A DNA stretch of 51,376 nucleotides, taken from contig WJIR01000031.1 of the NCBI GenBank assembly GCA_014730175.1, positions 1 to 51,376 of the forward strand, read 5' to 3'. Below are positions 19,707 through 27,709 of this stretch, in pieces (positions within the stretch are counted from its first letter, which is position 1; each line of letters begins with the position of its first letter). This DNA comes from Candidatus Zixiibacteriota bacterium (GTDB lineage: Bacteria; Zixibacteria; MSB-5A5; UM-FILTER-46-8). The notes under the pieces are model-generated. The model was given only the letters and a program-made list of their open reading frames with translations, did no database searches and was not told where the DNA came from. The translations under genes and the position numbers were made by a program.

Positions 19707-20855
19707 GTGGAAGCAAACCAGTTAATAATATCGATACTGATTCTGGCGGTTCTTATCGCTTTGATTCTATATTTCTTTTCGCGGACCAAAAAGAAACCGC
19801 TTGAGTCACCGCAGGAAAACTACATTTTGGGCCTAAAAGCGTTGCTCCAGGGGCAGGATGATGACGCATATCGCTTTTTCAAAAATGCGGTATCGGGTGA
19901 TACTGAAAATGTTGATGCGTATTTGCGATTGGGTGAACTACTGCGGAAAAGAGGTGCGATGGATCGCGCTTATCAGATTCATTGGGAACTATCGCTGCGC
20001 AGGAATCTGACCGATTCGGAGCGTATGGATGTTAATCTCGCCATGGTTGATGACCTGTTCGCAAGCGGCAGATACAATGAAGCTGGCAAGATGCTTCGCG
20101 AGTTGCTGAAAAAGGATAGCAGGAATGTCAGGTTCTTGAAGAAACTTTTAGAGGCGTACATACATACCGAGGATTGGGTTAATTCTCTGCCTACCGCTGA
20201 GAAATTGGCGAAGTTGGATAGAGGCAATTATAATGAGGGTACGCTTGCGCTTTTCAGGATACTCGAAGGACTGGCTAAATCCAAGGATGGAAATCATCAC
20301 AAGGCTCGACTCACATATAGGAATGCATTGCACTATGATCCGGAGTGTGCCTATGCGTACCTTTATATGGGTGATGCCTATCTTGCAGATAATAGGCCGG
20401 AGGATGCCGTTGACTGGTGGCGTAAACTATGTGAGAAAGTACCGTCGAAGGCTTATTTAGCTTTCGAGAGACTGGAAAGCGTCTTGTTCGAGTTAGGTAA
20501 ATTCACTATCGTAGCAGAGATTTATCTCGATATACTGGAACGTGATCCCAATAATACACGCGCAATGAGAGCGCTGGCTAAAATACAGGTAAAGATGGGC
20601 AAGATAAACGAAGCGATCAAGAATCTACAGCAAGCCCTATCAATTGACAAAAGCAACCCTGCCATAATCTCCGAACTGATCGATTTGTATAAGCAGGCAG
20701 ATCAATCAGAAGATATAGTCAAACTTGCCGAAAAATATTGCGTAAGTCCTGATTCCCGTTCCGATAAATTTGAATGTTCGGTTTGCCATGAGATTATTAA
20801 CCAACCGGAAATTATCTGTCCATCATGTCACAATGTTGGAACCGTCGAGATATAA
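19707..20855 (+). CDS. lapB: LapB/YciM-like TPR protein with a C-terminal rubredoxin-type zinc finger
   Basis: GTG start. N-terminal TM helix, TPR repeats, and the C-terminal CSVCH...CPSCH metal-binding pair typical of LapB. Confidence 0.8.
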   Translation: MEANQLIISILILAVLIALILYFFSRTKKKPLESPQENYILGLKALLQGQDDDAYRFFKNAVSGDTENVDAYLRLGELLRKRGAMDRAYQIHWELSLRRNLTDSERMDVNLAMVDDLFASGRYNEAGKMLRELLKKDSRNVRFLKKLLEAYIHTEDWVNSLPTAEKLAKLDRGNYNEGTLALFRILEGLAKSKDGNHHKARLTYRNALHYDPECAYAYLYMGDAYLADNRPEDAVDWWRKLCEKVPSKAYLAFERLESVLFELGKFTIVAEIYLDILERDPNNTRAMRALAKIQVKMGKINEAIKNLQQALSIDKSNPAIISELIDLYKQADQSEDIVKLAEKYCVSPDSRSDKFECSVCHEIINQPEIICPSCHNVGTVEI

Positions 20856-20868
20856 GAGCAAATTTAAT

Positions 20869-21885
20869 ATGTTAAGGGCTTCAATACTTTTACTGGTCGT
20901 ATCCTCGTTTTTGATTTCGACTCAGACTGTCCTTGCTTATGCACCACTTACGGACTTGCTGATGGCGGGGAAAATCGAGGAGGCTAATCAACTGTTATCA
21001 AACAGCGATGGCAACAACCTCAGTGAAGAGACCAAGGAGTATTATAAGGGTGTTCTGGAGTTTAATGGTAAGCTCTCCGCGGATTTCCTGAGAGAATCTC
21101 TCCGCGGCGACAAGGATTTTACCGAGAGATCCCTATCGGTTTTGCGATTAGCTCAATACTATTACTCAATCGGTTTCTATGTAACCTGCGTGAACTATCT
21201 TGAGGAATTTGAGCAGAATGGTCTTAATTCAAAATATATAGACCAAATTCTATGGCTACGAGGATTTGCGAACATGAATGCCGGTAGATACGAAGAAGCG
21301 AAATCGGATTTCTCCAGGCTTATCGACTCATACCCGTCATCCGATATGACTCTCTGGGGTTTTCTGGGAATAGGATACTGCTACTACAAAGAAGGGGATT
21401 TAAGCAGCGCAATTAAAAGCTTCGAGCGGGTAAAAGATACCGACACTCATCCGGCATTTCCACAGAGCCTGCTGGCATTATCGACCTGCTACAAGCAGAT
21501 CGGAAACAGCCGGCGCACAGAACATTATCTCGATATTTACAATCGTAAATATCCAGGTTCCTTTATCCCGGACATGGATTTAGCGGCTGAACCGATGATG
21601 CAGTTTGATATACCTTTGCAGCAAAGCGATATGGATGCGGAAGAATTGGTGCAAGCGTTGTATTTTATTCAAGTCGGTTCATTCTCTTCCAGGCAAAACG
21701 CTCAAAGAATGATGAACCGGTTAGAACAAAAGGGATACAACTCGACAAGGGAAGCCTTTTACGAAAACAGGAAGATTTTTTATCGAATTTTAGTCGGTCC
21801 GTATACAAACAGGGGCGAAGCTCGAAAACACGAGAAAAAGCTGGAATCATCGGAAGGAGATGATTTCATAATTATCCTCAGATAG
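20869..21885 (+). CDS. Secreted TPR-repeat protein with a C-terminal SPOR (peptidoglycan-binding) domain
   Basis: The ATG at 20869 gives the signal-like N-terminus MLRASILLLVVSSFLISTQTVLA. TPR-like repeats follow. The C-terminal YFIQVGSFSS..NA......L...GY..........YR.LVGPY....EA matches the SPOR pattern. The ORF-track start at 20770 overlaps lapB and is unlikely. Confidence 0.75.
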   Translation: MLRASILLLVVSSFLISTQTVLAYAPLTDLLMAGKIEEANQLLSNSDGNNLSEETKEYYKGVLEFNGKLSADFLRESLRGDKDFTERSLSVLRLAQYYYSIGFYVTCVNYLEEFEQNGLNSKYIDQILWLRGFANMNAGRYEEAKSDFSRLIDSYPSSDMTLWGFLGIGYCYYKEGDLSSAIKSFERVKDTDTHPAFPQSLLALSTCYKQIGNSRRTEHYLDIYNRKYPGSFIPDMDLAAEPMMQFDIPLQQSDMDAEELVQALYFIQVGSFSSRQNAQRMMNRLEQKGYNSTREAFYENRKIFYRILVGPYTNRGEARKHEKKLESSEGDDFIIILR

Positions 21886-21924
21886 TAATCCTCGGAGGTT
21901 CCTCTGTCGAAGAAATTAACTCCG

Positions 21925-24513
21925 GTGATGGAGCAATACCATCGAATCAAAAGCCAATATCCCGATAAGATACTTTTTTTCAGGTTGGGTGATTTCTATG
22001 AGATGTTTGGCGAAGATGCTAAAATAGCATCCAGAGCGCTGAATATCGCCCTCACTTCCCGTGCCCACGGTAAAGGCGCCGAAAGAATTCCATTAGCCGG
22101 AGTACCTTACCATTCCGCGGACAAATATATAAACGCTCTTCTTCAAGCTGGTCATAAGGTGGTGGTTTGCGAGCAGGTGGAGGATTCCCGCTACGCCAAA
22201 GGTTTGGTGAAAAGAGAAGTAGTGGAGATTGCCACCCCGGGCACTACTATCGCCGCTGAAGACTCCGCCGAAGGCGGATGTCTGATTGCTGTGAGTCTAA
22301 CGGATAAAAAGGTCGGCTTAGCGGTGGTGGACTTCACATCGGGAGAATTCTCGGTCGATGAGTTATCCCCGGATCATCTTGCGGAGCGGTTGAGGATATT
22401 GAAGCCGAATGAACTGCTAATCAACACCGAATCGTCCTCCAGCAAGCTATTCGAAGAACTTGGTTCGGAAGTCGGTTGCAAAACCGAAGTGGAGGCGCAT
22501 CGTTTCACGCTAAGCTATGCACGAAGAACTTTGACTGACTATTTCGACGTGCATGATTTCGACGGTTTCGGAATTACAGGATTGAATTCAGCAATAGTAG
22601 CCGCAGGTGTCGCCCTGTCTTACCTTCAAGAGACAAAACAAAACAAGATTAAGCATCTCAATCCTCCATCACGTTACATCAAAAGCGGACAGATGTTTTT
22701 GGACTCCGCCACCATCCGAAACCTGGAACTGGTGCAGCCTTCCATCCCTAATCGAGGAAGGAGCCTTTTCTCAGTCGTGGATTTCGCATTGACTGCGATG
22801 GGGAAAAGGTTGCTGTCCAACTGGCTAACTGCTCCGCTTAATGATATTGACGCAATTCTCCTCAGGCAGCAGATTGCCGATGGTTTCCTCAATGATGCAA
22901 AGCTACGGGACAAGACTTCCGAATATCTTAAGGCGCTTCCGGATATTGAGCGTTTGATTGCGAAACTCGGTTCCAGCCGAATTACTCCGCGTGAACTGGG
23001 CTCCCTGCTTTCCGCCGCCGAAACATGCTCGGAATTGAGAGGGCTGTCAAGCGAATCCCCTCAGCTTGAAGCTAAATTCAGAGAACTCCCCGACCTCGGT
23101 GAGTTAATCAAGCAATTAAAATCCGCTCTATTGGATGATCTTCCGAACGTTGATAATAACGGAGGAATTATCAGAGATGGTTTCGATAACAGATTGGATG
23201 AGCTTAAAGCTTCCATTAGCGAATCGAAAAAATGGATCGCCGGATTGCAGAATCTGGAGCGTTCACGAACCGGTATACAGAATCTTAAAGTCGGCTATAA
23301 CAAGGTTTTTGGGTATTACATTGAAGTCAGCAGTTCCCACCTAAACGAAGTACCGGATGATTACATTCGTAAACAGACCCTGGTCAACGCCGAAAGATAT
23401 ATCACAGAGGAGCTCAAAAAACGGGAATCCGAAGTACTGAATGCCGAGGAGAAGATTAACGACCTGGAGGAAGAGCTATTCAATGAACTGGTAACCAAAA
23501 TTGAACGGTATATACCATTACTTAAAAACAATTCATCGATAATTGCTCAACTTGATGTATATCAGTCTTTTGCAAATCTCTCCTTGAAATATAATTACGT
23601 AAAGCCCGAGATCAACGATTCCGATCATATTCTGATCAAGGATAGTCGTCATCCGGTTATTGAACTTTCCGTCTCTGGCAAACGGTTCGTACCCAATGAC
23701 CTTGAAATCGGCGGAGATAACGGATTTCTCCATATAATTACCGGCCCAAATATGGCGGGTAAATCTACATATCTTCGTCAAATAGGCCATATAGTGATTC
23801 TGGCGCAAGCAGGATGTTATGTCCCCGCTGCCGAAGCTCGAATCGGGATAGTTGACCGTGTTTTTACTCGAGTAGGTGCATCGGATTTACTCGCCGAAGG
23901 CAAATCGACATTTCTGGTCGAAATGAATGAAGTTTCAAATATTTTAAACAACGCCACTAACCGATCGTTGGTGTTGCTGGACGAAGTCGGAAGGGGGACT
24001 TCCACCTACGACGGGCTTTCTATCGCCTGGGCGGTTTCGGAATATATACACGAAAAAGATAACCTCAAATGCCGTACGCTCTTTGCTACTCATTATCACG
24101 AACTAACAGACCTTGCTTCCCGTTTTCCCGGTATCAGGAATTTTCAGGTTGCCGTGCGGGAATGGGAGGATCAGATTGTATTTCTGCATCGGATAATTCC
24201 CGGAGGGTGCGATGATTCCTATGGAATTCAGGTTGCCAAATTGGCGGGAATTCCATCCGAAGTAATCGGCAGAGCCAGACAGATACTCCAGCATCTTGAA
24301 ACAGGCGACCTTTTCAGCGCCAAACGTATGCTGGATAAACCACCAAAATGGATGAAGAAATACAATCGCGCACAAATGAGTTTATTTGAAACTGACCATG
24401 AGGAATTGATTGAAAAGCTAAAAAGAGTCGATCCAATGGCGATTACCCCCATCGAAGCTCTACAATTCCTGACCGAAATGGTAGAAATCTTGAAGAAAAG
24501 TCAGCAAAAATAA
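21925..24513 (+). CDS. mutS: DNA mismatch repair protein MutS
   Basis: 862 aa. N-terminal TPVMEQY..IK...PD.ILFFRLGDFYEMF, Walker A GPNMAGKST, DE.GRGTST.DG. The true start may be CTG 21904 (see findings). Confidence 0.94.
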   Translation: MMEQYHRIKSQYPDKILFFRLGDFYEMFGEDAKIASRALNIALTSRAHGKGAERIPLAGVPYHSADKYINALLQAGHKVVVCEQVEDSRYAKGLVKREVVEIATPGTTIAAEDSAEGGCLIAVSLTDKKVGLAVVDFTSGEFSVDELSPDHLAERLRILKPNELLINTESSSSKLFEELGSEVGCKTEVEAHRFTLSYARRTLTDYFDVHDFDGFGITGLNSAIVAAGVALSYLQETKQNKIKHLNPPSRYIKSGQMFLDSATIRNLELVQPSIPNRGRSLFSVVDFALTAMGKRLLSNWLTAPLNDIDAILLRQQIADGFLNDAKLRDKTSEYLKALPDIERLIAKLGSSRITPRELGSLLSAAETCSELRGLSSESPQLEAKFRELPDLGELIKQLKSALLDDLPNVDNNGGIIRDGFDNRLDELKASISESKKWIAGLQNLERSRTGIQNLKVGYNKVFGYYIEVSSSHLNEVPDDYIRKQTLVNAERYITEELKKRESEVLNAEEKINDLEEELFNELVTKIERYIPLLKNNSSIIAQLDVYQSFANLSLKYNYVKPEINDSDHILIKDSRHPVIELSVSGKRFVPNDLEIGGDNGFLHIITGPNMAGKSTYLRQIGHIVILAQAGCYVPAAEARIGIVDRVFTRVGASDLLAEGKSTFLVEMNEVSNILNNATNRSLVLLDEVGRGTSTYDGLSIAWAVSEYIHEKDNLKCRTLFATHYHELTDLASRFPGIRNFQVAVREWEDQIVFLHRIIPGGCDDSYGIQVAKLAGIPSEVIGRARQILQHLETGDLFSAKRMLDKPPKWMKKYNRAQMSLFETDHEELIEKLKRVDPMAITPIEALQFLTEMVEILKKSQQK

Positions 24514-24701
24514 GAACAATGCTTTTCATCTTCAGATTTCGCTTGCTAAAATCCAACCTTCTTATTAACTTAATGCAAAATACCCAATATTAAACAATCA
24601 ATTGTATTCTTTCGGGTAGGTTCTTTATCATCTGTATAGAGCAAATAGCTTGATTTCAAGGATGGGGTCTTGTGAGTCATTCATTGACAAGTTGTTGAAT
24701 T

Positions 24702-27512
24702 ATGGTTAAATCCATCGTTAATAGGCTTACTTTTATATCTTTTTTTCTCCTTTTGTGGACATGCGAATTGGTCTATGCCGAGCAAATCGGATTCGATGAT
24801 CCATGGGGTGAGTTCGGCTTTAATGTGTTAGATCAGAATTCGTCAGGAGTAGAGATTATTCACTCCCTGCAGTCGGTTAAGATTGAAGATATAGATACCG
24901 GACATGGAGTTGAAAAAGTAGTCACTGTGCCGGGTATCTTACTGCCAAACAATGCGTTCGCACCAAACCTTCCCGGTACCGGTCGCTTCCTTGCCATTCC
25001 TCGTCATTCAAAACCTACAGTGGAGATACTCGACAGCCGCTCAACTGTTATCCAGGATATAGATATCGCTCCGGCGCCGGAAATGAAGATGGTTGATGAT
25101 GATTCGGGACTGGAATTTATCAAGGATCCTGAGATTTACAGTACGGATGCATATTATCCGGCAAAACCAGTGACAATTTCGCAGCCTTCCAGGATGAGAG
25201 GAATGGATTATGTTATTCTGGGCATTACCCCATTCCGATACAATCCTGTTGACCGTAAGTTAATAATCTACCATGATTTGCGAATAAAGGTCAGTTTTAA
25301 TTCGGGTAGCGAGCACTTTGGAGAGGATAGGCTGCGTAATCGGTTTTGGGAGAATCTGTATCGCAGTCAATTTCTAAACTACTCATATTTGCCGAATTAT
25401 AGGTCTCGGAATTCAGAATTGTCCCATACTCAGGGCGGAAATTGGGAGTATGTTATTATTGTCCCTGACGATTCCAATTTTATTGCTTGTGCGGATACAT
25501 TGCGGAAATGGAGGATCAAGCAAGGAATATCTACCGGAGTGGTAACACTTTCACAAATTGGAGGAAATGACTCTACTTCCATCAAGAACTATATAAACCA
25601 TGCTTATTTCAAATGGGAGATCCCACCGGTTGCCGTATTATTGTTAGGGGACTATGCTGATCATCCCGATGATGTTGGTATATTTTCACCTCTGTGGCAT
25701 AACCTGATGATCTCGGATAATATTTATTCTGATATGAGTGGTAATGGCTTACCGGATTTAGTTATATCGCGGATCACCGCTCGTGATAGTGTGGATTTAG
25801 CCATAACCACAAACAAAATCTTAAACTATGAGCGGTTTCCTTCGATGAATGCGGACTTTTACCAGCATCCCATGATTGCCGCTGCCTGGCAGGATGAAAG
25901 GTGGTTTGTGCTATGCGGGGAAGTGGTTTATGGTTTCCTTAACAATGAATTGGGTAAGAGTCCCGTAAGAGAATATGCCATTCATTCCGGCACGCCCGAT
26001 TCAACCTGGTCAACCAATCCCAATACCTATATGATAGTGGACTATTTCGGACCGGATGGTCTCGGATATATCCCATACACGGCGGAATATCTTGACGATT
26101 GGGGGGGGAGCGCCTATAGAATCACCAACGATATCAATAACGGGGCGTTTATCGCTCAGCACTTCGACCATGGCAGCATTTACGGATGGAATTACCCTCT
26201 TTATAGAATCGAGAATCTGGTTGGACTTGAGAATGAAAGTCTGCCGTTTGTTCTATCCATCAACTGCTCATCCGGTAAATTCAATGATGTTGAAACCTGT
26301 TTTACCGAGGCTATGCACCGGATGGAACATGGCGCATTGGGACTTATAGCCGCAACCGGCACCTCGATTTCGTTTGTTAATGACACTTTTGTTTGGGGAT
26401 TTTATGATTATCTCTGGCAGTCCTTTGATCCCGGTTACGGTCATGGGGGAATCAATCATTTGTCAGCATTCGCAAACGCCTCGGCTAAATACTATCTCAA
26501 AGCCTCCGGTTGGCCTTTCAATCCGGAGCACAAAAGTGTGACTTATCATTTATATCATCATCACGGCGATGCCTTTACACGTTTGTATTCAGAAGTTCCA
26601 CAGAATTTAAGCGTTTCTCATGCTCCAGTACTGTTTCCTGGCGCAGACCATTTTGACGTATCCGCAAATCAGGGCGCTACAATCGCACTCACTGTGAAAG
26701 ACCGTATCATCGGCTTAGCTCAAGCAACAGGTGGTACTGTATCGATTCCAATAAGCCCGCAGTTCCATAGCGATACGATGATTGTTACCGTAACTCGCGA
26801 CAATTACAGGCGTTATGAGCAATCCGTACCGGTGCGCTGGCCCGAAATCGATCTTATATTCCAGCCGGTTAATCCCCCGATTTCAGTACCGCAGGGAGGT
26901 GAATTCCAGTATCATGTGACTGTGGTTAATGGCGATCTGGGCGCTGAGGTGGATGGCAGGATTGATCTGAAGTTGCCAAATGGACATATCTTCGGGCCTA
27001 TCAGCGCATTTTACGATAGGTATTATCCGCCGAACGATACGACTATAATTCTGTATGCAGTTCAGCAGATTCCGGCTGAAGCGCCCCTTGGCGATTATCT
27101 TTATCTGGGATATATCGGGCAGTTTCCCGAAGCGATTTATGATTCCACCTACTTTGAATTCACGGTTGTACCATCGGCATCACTCCATCCGAAGGCTGGC
27201 AACTGGTTTACGAATGCATGGTCGTTGATCGATGATCAATCGGCGCCCCAATATGACTACTTTCTGAGCAACTCCCCGAATCCATTCAACAACATCACAT
27301 CAATCGAGTTCGGCCTGGCTGAAGCTTCCTATACTAAGCTTGAAATATTCAATCTGTTGGGCAGGAAAATCACAACACTCGTTGATAACTATCTGAATGC
27401 CGGCAGGCATGTTGTGAATTGGCACGCAAGCCGGTATTCTTCCGGCATGTATTTCTACCGATTAACCAGCGGCGATTACATCAAATATCAAAAGATGATT
27501 TTGCTCAAATAG
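24702..27512 (+). CDS. Secreted gingipain-like cysteine peptidase (family C25) with a T9SS C-terminal sorting domain
   Basis: 936 aa with a signal peptide (FISFFLLLWTCELVYA). C25 layout with the putative catalytic His in FDHGSIYGW (codon 26169-26171) and Cys in SINCSSGKF (codon 26265-26267). The last ~80 aa (NSPNPFNNITSIEF...LEIFNLLGRKI...GMYFYRL...KMILLK) form a type-A T9SS CTD. Confidence 0.85.
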   Translation: MVKSIVNRLTFISFFLLLWTCELVYAEQIGFDDPWGEFGFNVLDQNSSGVEIIHSLQSVKIEDIDTGHGVEKVVTVPGILLPNNAFAPNLPGTGRFLAIPRHSKPTVEILDSRSTVIQDIDIAPAPEMKMVDDDSGLEFIKDPEIYSTDAYYPAKPVTISQPSRMRGMDYVILGITPFRYNPVDRKLIIYHDLRIKVSFNSGSEHFGEDRLRNRFWENLYRSQFLNYSYLPNYRSRNSELSHTQGGNWEYVIIVPDDSNFIACADTLRKWRIKQGISTGVVTLSQIGGNDSTSIKNYINHAYFKWEIPPVAVLLLGDYADHPDDVGIFSPLWHNLMISDNIYSDMSGNGLPDLVISRITARDSVDLAITTNKILNYERFPSMNADFYQHPMIAAAWQDERWFVLCGEVVYGFLNNELGKSPVREYAIHSGTPDSTWSTNPNTYMIVDYFGPDGLGYIPYTAEYLDDWGGSAYRITNDINNGAFIAQHFDHGSIYGWNYPLYRIENLVGLENESLPFVLSINCSSGKFNDVETCFTEAMHRMEHGALGLIAATGTSISFVNDTFVWGFYDYLWQSFDPGYGHGGINHLSAFANASAKYYLKASGWPFNPEHKSVTYHLYHHHGDAFTRLYSEVPQNLSVSHAPVLFPGADHFDVSANQGATIALTVKDRIIGLAQATGGTVSIPISPQFHSDTMIVTVTRDNYRRYEQSVPVRWPEIDLIFQPVNPPISVPQGGEFQYHVTVVNGDLGAEVDGRIDLKLPNGHIFGPISAFYDRYYPPNDTTIILYAVQQIPAEAPLGDYLYLGYIGQFPEAIYDSTYFEFTVVPSASLHPKAGNWFTNAWSLIDDQSAPQYDYFLSNSPNPFNNITSIEFGLAEASYTKLEIFNLLGRKITTLVDNYLNAGRHVVNWHASRYSSGMYFYRLTSGDYIKYQKMILLK

Positions 27513-27709
27513 GCGAGGATCCCGCTCCCTTTTCCTTAAAAAATGAAACCATGATTATCTACGATCTGTATATTCGAAGAGTCGCAGGCTTTTCGGTATT
27601 GCGAAATCTGATTAAATTGCTATATTTGTTTATTGAAGAGATGGATTATTATGATATCGATTCCCTTTATCTCTTCGGATGATCTAAAGTGCCACAATCG
27701 AGGTGTTTA

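Noticed and set aside
24640-24720. TTGACA-N17-TAAATC promoter-like match just upstream of the C25 gene.
   Set aside because: The putative -10 box would lie downstream of the ATG at 24702, so it cannot serve this gene as annotated.
27419-27682. An 87-aa ORF ending in TGA, in the same frame as the M28 peptidase gene. It could mimic a second read-through case.
   Set aside because: Its 5' part overlaps the C25 gene out of frame. The remainder is AT-rich intergenic sequence with implausible composition. The M28 gene has its own SD, ATG and signal peptide directly downstream.
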